A DNA stretch of 64,000 nucleotides from NCBI RefSeq assembly GCF_964355755.1, contig NC_092674.1:6262001-6326000 (forward strand). Reading direction: 5' to 3'. Source of the DNA: Antedon mediterranea. Its lineage: Eukaryota; Animalia; Echinodermata. The translations under genes were made by a program, and so were the position numbers. Shown one piece after another: positions 13,942-27,800 of the stretch (within the stretch, counting starts at the first letter, position 1; the number at the start of each line of letters is the position of its first letter). The notes beneath the pieces are model-generated. The model was not told the DNA's origin. It searched no databases and saw only the letters and a list, made by a program, of their open reading frames with translations.

Positions 13942-16553
13942 GTATTAAGTATGTTTTGTTACTTGAATTTAGACAAATACTTAGTCCGTTATATGTATTT
14001 AATCGTGATGAACACCCGGCTTGCTAGGCCGCAGGCGCAGATTGAACACAGAGTGTTTACTGTCAACAAACACAGTTGAAGGAGGGTACAATGTACTGGT
14101 ATTTGATTATGGTTCCACAACTTGATGGCCTAGCTTCATTTGGGTGTCGTTACTATGCTGTATAATCCAATTGTAATTTATTACAAATCTTGTCAATTAA
14201 TGACCAGGAGGGTAATTGAGACCACTTTGATTTGGCACTTAGATAGTATTAGGCCTAGGCTAGGCCTAGTAGAAAAGAAATTAAAAAAATGTACACCTAC
14301 AGTACTTTTAGTACTACTAATACTAACTAACTATGTACAGTAATAAAATCATGATTTACATTACTAAAATTTGTCGCATTAAAAGGGGCTCGCATTAAAA
14401 TCAACTTCTGGTATTTAGTATGGAGTGCTACTAAATTGAGTATCCCTCCTCCTTTCTATGCGATAGTGAGTGAAAGACGATGATAAGAAAAACTGATATG
14501 ATTAAAAAGCGTATCTACTGTACAGTATATGAATGAGTGAGTGTTTTGAATTAAGAAATACCAGAAGTTTCCAAAATTAAATGTGACTGTTTTCACCTTA
14601 TATAGGCTGACCTAACAATATTTTGTTTAGCAAACAGTATTCAATAGGGTGACCTATTGTTATTTTGTTATTTGATGTTTAATGCAAGCTTCTCCATTAA
14701 TTACCATTTGAATCGTTCGACACTGAATAGAATATTTAATATATTTCCCTATCAATCAATGCTAATAATCATTAATCTAAATCAATATAAAAGAAAATCC
14801 CTGTTTTTCATTTATTTTATGCACTGCTGAACAATCTTGATATATTTTTCTGTACAAAAAGATATTTTGCTAAAAATTATCATTAGAAGATTTAAAGCGC
14901 TTGTTTCTCAATTGCTTTATGCTTCAGTGAGCAGCAGTCTCTCTTTAATTGATGATTAATGTGATATATTGACGGGTTATAACAACATCTTAAGATCATG
15001 TGACATATGAAATACAGCCTTTTAAGTAGTGTTTAATGATGCACTTATGCAGAGTGTATGTATGTCTTGTAAACATAATGAAGAATACAATAATATGGAC
15101 ATTATTTGTAATAAATTATATTATATAGTAAAGTAATAAGGCAATAAAATAAACAGTTAAAATATTGGAATCAGAAAACATTAAATTTTGGTTTTTATTC
15201 ATTATTGATATGACTGAGTATACTAGTCCAAGAGGACTTGCGTGCAGTTTGAAATTTTGCAGATGGGATGGGAATAAGCATGTTAAATCTTGTGTCCAAA
15301 TGTGGGTGGGATTATACTGGGACATGAGATTTGCATGGGATTATTCACGGTCTACTGGTTAAATATTATTATTCAATGTATTTGTTTATTTTATTATTTT
15401 TTTTTTATTTATTTAATTTTCTGCCATATACAATACAAAGAAGACAATAAAAGGCAAGGAAAGACCAAACAGGTGCTAAACACCTATGCTAGTTGGTCAA
15501 CTCAGAACAGAGCACAGAAAAAAAACCAAAAAAATTACTTTCTACAATTAAAGCATACTGTAATATTATACTATATATTATTGCATTCTCCTCAAAGCAA
15601 AAAAATAAATGCTGTTTACAAGAGTGTTGTTGACGTTTTTATATCACAGGAATTTATTCACTCCTTTAATTAACAGTGACCTGGGTGGATTTTCATTGAT
15701 ATACCCTAAGGGTAAACTGTCACCACCAATTAGTGACAATCTAGTTGATTGTCGCCTGGCAGTAGCACATACCTGTCACATACCCCTTAAGCAAAATTAG
15801 TGACATAATAATTTGACATACTCTTCGATCAAAATTGTGTGTCACTACTTGTAATCCAGTATATAGGTTAAAATATTAATTGAGTCTCATTCAACTATTT
15901 GTAGTTGGTAAAATAAATTAGCTGTGTGATACTGGGAATTCTTTAGTGTGATGAAATACAGGTATGAGACTGTAGTATATGTAGAGATAAATTGTCAATG
16001 AACAAAAATCTAAAATTCTCATACTAATCAGTATTATAACAGTACATATAGGACGTACTGTAAGAACAGAAATGATATTATAAATAAGACGTTAATAACT
16101 ATATAAAAATGTAAAAACATATATCACATCCCAGTTTCTATTCTATGAATAAATTATTATTTAATGAATATTAAATACAGTATTGTAATATAAAATTGTA
16201 TAGGGTGAATCATATGTCACCTAAGGGTGGGTGAAAAGAAAATAATACAGTACTGTAACTTGGAGTATTAAATTATTTCTGTTGTTGTATAAGTACAGTA
16301 GGTGGTAGACGTCCTCCTGGGCAGAGGTGGGTGGGGACACATTTACTTCCTACTGTATGGGCGGATTCAGGAGTGTCCTCGGCCTTTTGACAAATGATAG
16401 CAAAAAAAAGAGTTATCTGTACATTTATTTTAAAGAGTTGATATCTGTTTTTTACTATTATGTAAAAAAAACGTTTACAAAATCTTGGATTTACCATTGA
16501 TTTTCTTTTTTTTAAAAATGTATAATTTTTATTTATTTTTATAGGTTTAAAGC

Positions 16554-19500
16554 ATGGGTAGAGGAGGTGCGTATACCTCCACACATCGAGACAGCGAGCC
16601 CGAAGTGATTCCCACCAAAATCGGCATTTACGGTTGGCGGAAAAGATGCCTGTATTTTCTTGTACTACTTCTGCTTGTTCTCATCATCATTAATTTTGCC
16701 CTTACCGTCTGGATTCTCAAAGTGTTGGACTTTTCCATTCATGGTCTAGGGAGTATAAAAATAACGGATAATGCAATCAGTATATCGGAAGATGTGGAGT
16801 TTCTTAAACCAGTCTATGCATCAAAAATACATGCAAATTATGTAAGTGAAAGTTTACAGTAGAGCGGTACCATTCCTTTTTTTTTTAGGTGAGCGAGTGC
16901 GATCACTCACCTAACAAACTCCTGCCATTGAGGAGTGTGATTTACTGTACAACACACTTAAATTTGGTAACACACCAAAATACAAACAGCAAACCTACAG
17001 CACCCAAGAATGTATTGAGGAGTGCAATTTGTAGCACACTTCCAATTTTAAAAAGACATGGCCTGAGTAGAACCTCTATTAAGGGGACACCTTTAGGACC
17101 CAACAAAATGTCCATTTAATAGGTGTCCCCTGAATGGGAGTGTCCCAAAGGAGGTTAAATCTTCATGGTACAATATTATGTGAATATGAAATAACATTCT
17201 ATATTTAGCACTTTATTAAAACAACCTTAATAATTCATTTTTTAAATAATGTAGCACCGCTTGAGTGAGCAGACTGCTATGTAAATTAACAAGTTGTTCA
17301 AAAGCTCTTAAATTATTTATCAATGATTTTTGAAAGGTTATTTATAATGTTTAAATCAAACTAAAGCTCTGTCTACACTATCAAACTTGATGTGACAATA
17401 TATGGACATGATGACAGAGCTTTATACAGTTGTTTCTTCATGTTTTTTTTTTCAGGATCTGCCTTTAGTCTTAAACTCAAAGAATAATATTACTTTCAAT
17501 ACAAGAGATGGGAATGGAAACGTTACAGGACAGTTTGTAATTGGTGAGGATATGCTGGTCAAATTAGTCATTAAATATACAGTCAGGGGATAGCTGTATA
17601 ATGTTAAAACGTATTATCAATTCAATCAATTTTAACAAGAAAGTGTCCCCTGAATAGGGATGTCCTTATCTATATGTTAATCTTATAGTACCTCCATTTA
17701 GTGACCATTATATGGCTTGGATGAAAAGAAGCTCTAAATCGATTATTTTCTAATTGATTGAACCAAAACTGCTAATGTTATCAATGATGCAAAATAACTA
17801 TACATGTACTATTGGGACATTGCTGCTCTAAGGTGTCTATGTGTCCTCTGTGTGTTGTTAAGAGTGGTTTTTTTGTATTAATCTGTATATTTCTTTTCCA
17901 CAGGATCAAAATCAGTAAAGTCATTTAGTGAAAGGTTTATAATATATGACAGTGAACAGAATATGTTATTTGATGCTAGTGATGAATTACTTACTATAGG
18001 GGACATAGTCAAACATGTGAAATTTAAAGGTAGATATTCATGTGTTCTTTTAACAGAGATTGTTGGATTGCACGATATAGATCAGCATACACTGATGGTT
18101 CAGTGTTCTCCTAATATAGAAATCATGTCCGTCAAATTAAGTGAAGTACCGAATTATTGATATAAGATGTAACTAATCTACTAAATTTATACAAAAATAT
18201 CAAATTATATTGTAGTGGAGCTGTAGCTTGGTGGTTAACATGCTTTCCTTCCAATCTCAAGGTCCAGGGTTTAATCCTGACCTAGTGCCAGGGCTGTAAC
18301 TCACGACTCTTAATTTAGTGTTACCTGTTTGTACCATGTTTAATAAAAAACATTTCGGGCAGCTTGCTTACAGTTTTCCTTGGCACCACCATTTACACAA
18401 CCAACTGTACCTAATATAACTAGAAAAAGCAGTTATGTTAATTTATGGTAGTGGCATTTGGACTATCTACGGACTATCAAACTTTATGTGACAAAAAAAT
18501 TTGATGTGCCCATATATGGTCATATCACTGCCATATTTGGGAACTTTCTTTGTCAAACTAGTTTTATAGTGTAGACAGGGCTTTAAAAAAACTAACCATA
18601 TTACTACCATATTTGGGCACATAACAACATTCTGTCAAACTAGTTTGACAGTGTAGACAGGGCTTTAAAAAAATAACTAACTTGTAATGTTTCGTTTTTT
18701 AGTTTCAGAAGGTGTAGCATTTCAAGGTCCTGTTCAAGCAGATAGAATTTCATCAAATGAAGTTGATTCATTAACGTATGTTATATTCATGTACTAAATT
18801 ACATGGGGTACTCTGGGCCCAGGAGGAGACATAGACACCCCCCATGGGAGTGGAGGTTTATGGTATCATGCCTTACAAATACCATATGGACATATTCACT
18901 ATTCGCACTTAGGCTAAGGGAAACACTGTAGAAAAATCTATTTCAGTGAATACAATTTAAGGGAAATAAAATAAAACAGCAATGCAAATAAAATATTTGC
19001 AATTGCCTAGCAGTAGAAGCTAAACCCTAAATGTATGCACTATCAGAAACCGATTTTAGTATAGTGAAAAGAAACAAGAGAAATTGCATCTTTAGTGGGA
19101 GACTAGAGATTACTAACAATATTATCTCTTGATTATCGAAAGACTTGAGAAGTCTGACGTTAAATTGAAAACAGTGATACAACTCTAAAACTGTCTACAC
19201 TATCAAACTAGTTTGACAAAAAAGATTGATGTGCTATAATAGTAATATAACATCATCATGTCCATATATGGGCACATAATATAAAGTTTGATAGTGTAGA
19301 CAGAGCTTAACTATTGTTCAATGAGAAATTGAATCACATGCAATAATATTTGTTGTTTTTAATTCCCCAGGTTAGAATCACCAATAGGAGATGTTACAGT
19401 GGATGCTGCTAAGAAAATAACAATATCTTCTAAAAATGACATTAAATCTAGTTGCCATGGAGACATGACACTTGGTTCAAGTACAGGAAAAGTAAGTAAA

Positions 19501-20069
19501 GAAAGAAAGAGAACTTACATTTGTGTTCTATCGTCATAGATCCATTTAATTCTGGAAAAAAAATATTGAAATATAAAAAGATATTGAATTGTGTATTTTT
19601 ATTTATTTATTCATTTAGCATCCATTCAACAATACATTTAAAATGCATAACAAAGAAAAAATACAAACAATTGGAGTATTAAAATTGAATAAAACCAAAG
19701 TGAATGGATGCAAGAACGACCCATAAAATCGACATGTCAATTTATTTCCAATGGGGTCCATTGCAAGAGAAATCAGAGATGTGAAAGTGAACAAGGATCA
19801 TAAGAAGGAAATGGAAATGTGAAAGACACCATGTACATACTGTATAGATAACTTGTTTTTTCTGGAATTTCAACAACTAAATTCTATAACTTCTTTTTTA
19901 TTTTATCTTTTTGCAGATTATTTTAAAATCGTCAAATATTCAAATTCCTGGATTAACAGATTCTTCAACAGCCGCCAGTGCCTACCAATTGTGTATCTGT
20001 GAAAATGGCCGTATTTTTCTCGCTGAACCATCACAGCAATGTGTCCCAACCAATACTACTTGTCCCTAA
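16554..20069 (+). CDS. SGCZ: Sarcoglycan, delta/gamma/zeta class, ~282 aa; exons 16554-16841, 17456-17543, 17904-18029, 18703-18775, 19371-19491, 19917-20069
   Basis: KIGIYGWRKRCLYFLVLLLLVLIIINFALTVWILKVLDFS (signature type II TM), LTLESP, C-terminal YQLCICENGRIFL...C...C. Exons join in frame (849 nt). Co-ortholog of SGCD/SGCG/SGCZ; the symbol is tentative. Confidence 0.9.
18217..18312 (+). mobile_element. tRNA(Gly-like)-derived SINE; related copies at ~30727-30838 (+), ~60444-60551 (-), ~59722-59795 (+)
   Basis: Shared head GGAGCTGTAGCTTGGTGGTTAA...CCTTCCAA...GGGTTCAATCC; the first three copies share the non-tRNA tail CCAGGG..TAACTCACGACTCTTT. Confidence 0.7.
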
Positions 20070-22017
20070 TTCACCCAAATACCTTCTCTGTTCAAACAAA
20101 ATGTTTTATTAAATTGAAAAAAAAAAAAAAAAAGTTGTTAAATAATACAAAGTGTTGCAAAAAGATTTTGTATAAAAAAATACATCCATAGAATACATCT
20201 ATAGAATTTTAAAAAAATGCTATTCCACAGTACAACATTGAGGGTGAAAGAGTTTGCTATCGAATCATATGTTTACATACCTTGAAAGTCCAGTGGTCTA
20301 ATGGTAATGGCATGTTATTTCGAGTAGAATTCCAAGTTCGAGTCTTGTGGGGAAACCTTTCATCCTCACAGATTTACTTATTTTCAGTGTTATTATAGCT
20401 GTTTAGAATTGTCTTGAAATTACCACAAAATAGTTACAATACAACCAACCACATCACTAGTAGGATGTCTACTATTTCTCTATACAGTAGGTATTCAAAA
20501 GTCATCAAGGTATCAAACACATTGCAAAACAATAGAAAACTATACTTGTACTGAACAGATTTGACTTTTTAACATTTTTTTTGGTAAAATAAAATGTTTG
20601 GTATGAACAGAGTTTTTAAATTTTCTGTAAAAAAAAATGTGTGTAAAATAATTTTTACTATTTATAAAATACTAGAACTAGTAAACCTTGACTGTTTTAT
20701 TTGTACATTAGATATAATATGTTTATATGTTGTATAGTCTATTTGTTCGTATTTATTGAGTAGAATCTATTAAATCCAATTTTCAAATTTAATTCCTAAT
20801 TCCAAACGTTATTTGTTTGTCATTTTAAGAACACAGTGTGTGTGTGTATTGTTCCTTATAATATCTTGGTTTCCACTAGAGACCCAACGCACATGAATTG
20901 ACCAATCACAAGTAACTGTTGGCATAACACATCACCTTTGATTGGTCAATTCGTTTTTGTTGTGTCTCTAGTGAAAACCAAGCTTAAATAATTTAACTTA
21001 ATTAATAAACAATTAATTAAACTTATCTTTTAAGCTGAGTATGTCAATTAATTATGGCCAAAAATATTTTAAAACACCTCATGTAAAAATAATTTTTAAT
21101 ACTTAATCCCAATTATTTATTTATATGTACAATACTTATTATTGTTACTTATAAACACAGTAAATAGGTAGGTGAGAGAAGCACTTGCATGATGGGGAAA
21201 CATTGGATTAACTACATGAGCTATATTTAGGCTACATAATGTGTACCCTAAATATGCCTCACAACATTACAGATATATAAAAAGCGCGACTTACGTTTGG
21301 TTTATTTGGTATGTCCATTCCATCTTTTCCGACCTGGTAGCAAGATTATTTTCCGTTCAGTAATTCAGATGGGTTCCGTAGTTTGGTTAAAAAAAATTGG
21401 AGCTCTATTGACCAATGATCCAATTTTACTAAATTCACTACAAATGCTTTTGCCGATTTCTATTTGTGTTTATATTATCTTTGACGATAACTACTTTTTA
21501 TGGAAAAAATGTAATTGTGTGTAATCTAGTGTAGTGAAAGAATATTTAAAAACACATTTTATGTGCTTTTTTTATCTTCAAATATTTTGATTTCAATTTA
21601 AATTGTCTAGAACAAATATTTGTAGCATTTTAAACTACCGATTGAATTTATGTAGTAGAATTTAGTGAAAGAGAAAAAGTCACAGTTTAATGTTTTATCA
21701 ACCATTTTAATTAACTAAGATTAATAATGAAAAGAACACAACATTTGTAAGGGTGTATGTAGAGTGCAATTGGGGCGGGTAGGGTCCAAGAGTTTGCAAT
21801 TACAGAGGGTGTGTGTGTCCTACAGTAGAGATAGTTTTAAAAGTGTGTGAGAATAGGAGATAAAATTAATTCTAAATGTATTTATCAAGCACATTAATGC
21901 AAAATATTGATATACCATATAAACATTTGTTTAGCTCTTACGGAGCAATTATTAAAACATGGTGTGCCTATTTCAGCCCTTATTTACAATTGCGATCATG
22001 AGTATGATACCAGATTT

Positions 22018-22256
22018 AAAATATTTGTTTGCTTGCAAATAAATGATAATAATTCATTATGTAAAGCATAAAATAAATTTGTTATTTTACTAAAGTTTTA
22101 CCTCCCCTCCACTACTGTGGTACCAAATAATAAAAATAATACCACATACAAGATTACAGTAGTGGAGGGGAGGTAAAACTTTAGTAAAATAACAAATTTA
22201 TTTTATGCTTTACATAATGAATTATTATCATTTATTTGCAAGCAAACAAATATTTT
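22018..22256. repeat. Perfect 101-bp inverted repeat with 37-bp spacer
   Basis: 22018-22118 is the reverse complement of 22156-22256 (e.g. CCTCCCCTCCACTACTGT / ACAGTAGTGGAGGGGAGG). Confidence 0.9.
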
Positions 22257-22331
22257 GCTTGCTTGCTTGCATTTTAATAAAATGTTGTAATAAAGTTAAA
22301 TTTTAAAGACAATGAATAACTACTTCTATTA

Positions 22332-22744
22332 CAGTAGAACCCCTCCTTTGGGACACCCCCATTAAGGGGAAACTTTCCCACGAAACGAACAAGGGGCAAC
22401 ATATGTTTTAATACTATGTTCAACTATTCAGGGGACACCCCCATTAAGCGGAAACTTTCCCACGAAACGAACAAGGGGCAACATATGTTTTAATACTATG
22501 TTCAACTATTCAGGGGACACCCCCATTAAGCGGAAACTTTCCCACGAAACGAACAAGGGGCAACATATGTTTTAATACTATGTTCAACTATTCAGGGGAC
22601 ACCCCTATTAAGGGGAAACTTTCCCACGAAACGAACAAGGGGCAACATATGTTTTAACACTACGTTCAACTATTCAGGGGACACCTCTATTAAAGGAACA
22701 CTTTGTTGTACCCCGAAAATATCCCCTTAATAGAGTTTCTACTG
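22332..22744. mobile_element. Tc1/pogo (Tigger)-like MITE with four internal 82-bp tandem units
   Basis: TA-CAGTAGAAC...GTTTCTACTG-CA termini; unit GGGGACACCCCCATTAAGCGGAAACTTTCCCACGAAACGAACAAGGGGCAAC... x4. Single-unit relatives at ~17067-17155, ~29760-29855 (-) and ~31320-31460. Confidence 0.75.
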
Positions 22745-22829
22745 CAAATTGTTAAAGGCATGACGAAATATAATATTTTTAATTTGTAATTGTTTCAGAA
22801 ATGTTTGTATAATTGATTTAATAACTGTT

Positions 22830-23503
22830 AAACTACGGTAATTGGCTGTAATGGCGAGTGGTAGGGGAGGGACGTGATAGTGTCATAAACTACGGTAATT
22901 GGCTGTATGGCGAGTGGTAGGGGAGGGACGTGATAGTGTCATAAACTACGGTAATTGGCTGTATGGCGAGTGGTAGGGGAGGGACGTGATAGTGTCATAA
23001 ACTACGGTAATTGGCTGTATGGCGAGTGGTAGGGGAGGGACGTGATAGTGTCATAAACTACGGTAATTGGCTGTATGGCGAGTGGTAGGGGAGGGACGTG
23101 ATAGTGTCATAAACTACGGTAATTGGCTGTATGGCGAGTGGTAGGGGAGGGACGTGATAGTGTCATAAACTACGGTAATTGGCTGTATGGCGAGTGGTAG
23201 GGGAGGGACGTGATAGTGTCATAAACTACGGTAATTGGCTGTATGGCGAGTGGTAGGAGAGGGACGTGATAGTGTCATAAACTACGGTAATTGGCTGTAT
23301 GGCGAGTGGTAGGGGAGGGACGTGATAGTGTCATAAACTACGGTAATTGGCTGTATGGCGAGTGGTAGGGGAGGGACGTGATAGTGTCATAAACTACGGT
23401 AATTGGCTGTATGGCGAGTGGTAGGGGAGGGACGTGATAGTGTCATAAACTACGGTAATTGGCTGTATGGCGAGTGGTAGAAGAGGGACGTGATAGTGTC
23501 ATA
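22830..23503. repeat. 56-bp G-rich minisatellite, ~12 near-identical copies
   Basis: Unit AAACTACGGTAATTGGCTGTATGGCGAGTGGTAGGGGAGGGACGTGATAGTGTCAT. Confidence 0.95.
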
Positions 23504-24123
23504 AGGGGAGGGGTTAATTTTGTAATCATTTGGTAGAATATTTGATTATTTTAGAATAATGAAAAAGCAGTTTAAAGAATGTAAACATTTATGGTTTGTA
23601 AATTGTGTATTAATTTCCATTTTTTACAAATAAAATCCATCGTTTGATTTTACACTAAACGTTTGTGTTTTTCTTCTTCCCCCCTCCCCCTGTTTGTTTT
23701 TTATGTTCCTGCGGTATGCCAAAATCAGATCCAGATGATAAGCTCTATCGTCTAGCAGGGGGTAGCGGAGTATTAAATGCAAGTGCCAGAGACTCCTAAG
23801 GAAAGAGCCCCTAGTCGATGCCTGTTTTTCAGTTCACATTTACTGTAACAAATGTAACCAAAGAAAGGATAGGTTTAGAACTAATACAATTTTCTGAATA
23901 AACATTATTATTACAATAATAAAAAGTGCAGCGGTTGTGTTGTTAAATCTGTGAACAGTACTTTGTTGCCAACAGAAACATTTTTCTACTGTGTTACTAA
24001 ATGGCATTTATGTACATTATTAAATAATTGTTAAATATGTTGGTCTAGTTAATACCTACACCTGAAAAAATGGCATTTATGTACATTTTATTTAATAATT
24101 GTTAAATATGTTGGTCCAGTTAA

Positions 24124-24616
24124 AGATGTATTGTCGCTTTGACTAATTCCAAAAAAATTTAAAAAAAAAAGATTTCGAAAAAAGGGGGTCATTTTGAAGG
24201 ATCATAATAGTTATTAACTTTCACCAAAAAAAAATAATTTAACTGAAATACAGATGTTTTTTTGTTAAAAAAATAAATTTTTCGATTAAAACATATCTCA
24301 TAATGCAACGCGCTTGTTTGGCTACTCGGTATGCAGCATAATCATAAAACTTCCTTGCGATCTGTGTGAAAACACCTTCTCATCCGTGACGAGTTGTAAA
24401 CAATCCTAATTAGCATCAGGAATAATGCATACTCGTAGTTTGAAATCTTTGTTTAATTTGTAATCAAATTAATTTACCTGTCAATTACGTAAACTTGTTG
24501 TTTTTGGCTCGAATTTTCGACTTAAAGTGAATAACTTTAATATTACTTTGATATGGCCAATTTAAATTTAGAATATTTTGACCTTCATTTTTTGTGTTTC
24601 AAGGGACAATGCATCT
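24124..24616. mobile_element. Kolobok-like non-autonomous element inserted in a ~69-bp tandem repeat (24000-24765)
   Basis: TTAA-AGATGTATTGTCGC...GGGACAATGCATCT-TTAA. A neighbouring repeat unit shows the empty site GGTCTAGTTAATACCTACAC. Confidence 0.8.
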
Positions 24617-24826
24617 TTAATACCTACACTTGAAAAAATGGCATTTATGTACATTTTATTTAATAATTGTTAAATATGGTGGTCCAGTTAATATACCTAC
24701 ACCTAAAAAATGGCATTTATGTACATTTCATCAAATAGTTTAAAATAATGCTGGTCCAGTTAAATAATACTTAAAAAGTTTATTTTGACAATAAATACAA
24801 TTTTACTACAAATTAGTGCTATTAAA

Positions 24827-27800
24827 TCAAATATTGGTGACGTAGTTCTCTTGCATATCCAAGTACATAGGTTCAACTGTCGGTTGATCTGGGGTATCTG
24901 GATTTTGTTTTGTTTCTTTCTGTGCTTTCTTCCTCCTAACAATGTACACCACAACCACAACAATACAAAACACAGCAAATATTGCTATTACGACCAGCAC
25001 TGCAACTAAAATTCAAAATAAACATTATTTTACATATTAATGTTATTTAGTGGTGTGTAAAAATAATGGACCTACATTGTTGGTCTCATTTTGTATTTTT
25101 TTTTCCCTCTTAAATTTAGCCATATTGCCATACGAAACTCTAAAGCAATATACAAAATGCCTATATTACCTGGGCTAAATTTAATTTCTTGAATGGGAAT
25201 ACGAAATACCAAATTTTATGGAAACCTCGAATCTCTGTCTACACTATCAAACTAGTTCGTTTGTTTGATGTGCCCAAATATGGTAGGGATATGACATCAT
25301 CATGTCCATATATGGGCACATAATATTTTGTTGTCACATAAAGGTTGATAGTGTAGACAGCTTAAAGCAAGATAACTTGTTATTGTCAAATTCTATAAAA
25401 AAATTTGTTTTACCTAACTTTCCACCGGTTTGGTTACTGTTTTTTGTAGAATCTCCTTGACAATTTCCATTAATACTTTTACATTTAGATTCATCACAAA
25501 TTTCACAGACCAAGCTACTCGAACATGAGCTAAAATTTACATTACGTTTAGAATTAATTGCAATTGAACTATTATTGAAATTAATATATAACAATAACAA
25601 TTAAATCTAAATCTTAAGGCTCTGGCTATACTATCAAACTTTATGTGACAAAAAAAAATGTGATGTGCACATGGACATGATGATGTCATATTACTACAAT
25701 ATTTAGGCATATTAATACCATATTTGGGTATATCACTACTATATTTGGGCACATCACACTTTTTTTGTCGAGCTAATTTGATAGTGTAGACAGAGCTTAA
25801 TGATTCTATTTTTATATCGTTTTTCTAATTGCAATTTTAAACGTGAATTTTATAGATTTATAGTTCTATACGTATATCTGTATTTGTCAGTGATCTGTAA
25901 TAGCCGAAGGCTGGATGGCAATCTTTTAATGTTATCGCAGTTCAATTCTCCTTGGAGAGGGAACCAACAAGATGGCGGCTGCAATCGACCAATCAGATAT
26001 GCCCTATGCAGTCTGCACTACGTACTACGCCTGTGTTGAGCCTATCTACGTGAGAACTGTACGCAGCGCAGCGCGTTAAGCGTAAATAAACGCGAATGCA
26101 TTCTATATGATCCTCGCTATACAAAAAATGCTAGATTACCAAGAAATTATTCATTCTATTGCGATTAACAATATATTGAATTTTATAAAAACTTCACTAG
26201 TGTGCTTTGGCAAGAATATGTGTTTATTGGACTTAATGTATTATATTAGATTATTATTTTTTATATTAAATAATGTTTTTGAACACATTTACGGCCGCCA
26301 TCTTGTTGGTTCCCCCTCCTGTTGGAATCACTTTTCAGTCTGGAGTATGCCCTCTTATAGCCTTCGGCTTACAGCTCACTGGTATTTGTTCATATTAATT
26401 TTCCATGTGCACAAATAAATGAATTGAAATTTAAAATTTTGGAGATGGTAGTTGCTTTTAGTGGAAACCCATGATTTCATAAACAAATTTTACTTCCATT
26501 TTTTTGTATTTATTTATTCACTGAAATGTACATACAAAAAAGAAAAAGACATAGCATATAAAAAGAACATTCAGTGAAGGATGGGACCAACAGGTGGTAG
26601 ACACCTCTAGAACGGTCCAATCACAAATTGCACAATGAGTATTAAAAAGGTTTATAACATAATAATAAATATTTAAATATAAAAGTAATTTATAAATTTG
26701 TAATATTGAAGATTTAACTTAAGTTGGCCAACATTTACAGCAGCGACAACAAACATAATTTGTACACATGGAAATTGAATGTGAAACCAGCAAGAACAAA
26801 AGAACAATGTCTTTTGGTTCTCACTAGGATGTAACTTAAGGACATAAGCGCAACAAGCGAGTTGACCAATGACAGTTCGTATAATCCATTGTCATCCATT
26901 GGTCAAATTACTTGCGATGCCCTTATTCCAAGTGAGAACAAAGCTTATCTGATTGAAATGATTGTACTGTACCTTAATGTAGATTTTACACTGCAATCAA
27001 CATTAAGACATGTTTGGAGTCCGTCTACCGAGGTGGCCTCTTCAATTTTTTCTTGGACATACAATGGGGGACTGCAAGAAGGAGCACTGTTTTCATCAAC
27101 ATTATATCTAAAATCACAATAATCAAACAATTGTTCATTTTCAGCGCACGGACATTCACACGTCGAAGGGTCCTCTGATACACAATTGAGCTGAAAGAGT
27201 ATAAAAACATGTTAAATAGATTTGCCCAGTGGAAAATAGGCTTTAAGTAATGATGATAAGTAGCCTACTTGGTGGATCAAATGCACAGCAGTATTCTGTA
27301 TTATTTTGTTGGGTCTGTAATATTCTAACAATTTGCGTATCCAGTTTGAACCAGTTTAGGTTGGAAATTCTTAAACTTTAATCTGTGTACACACACATCT
27401 GGCTCATGTGCACTTTAAAGAACCCAGTTAATCTTTTGGAAGAGTAGGGGGTACCCCGGTGTACTGGTTCATCTCAACCCTGTCGTTGTGGACAGACGAA
27501 TGAGTGCCGTTTGGTGGCAGCTGTATGACACAAGGGGGTCTCTTAGGGGAGAAGAAGGTTGTTGTATGTGTCGTTCAAACTTGTGTGCAATTCAGCCAGC
27601 TGTACGACAAAGGATCCTTATTGGAGAAAACAGTTTTATGTGTCATTCACACCGGTGCACAATTCGTAGGCTGCGAGTTGCAGGTTAATATTCCGCCCCT
27701 GCATTTACTTTATACAGACCATGTCTCTGTTGAGCTTCTCTCTGTGGGTGTTGGCAGAATCGCATCACACAATTTTAACACTACTACTGGGTCTTAAGCT

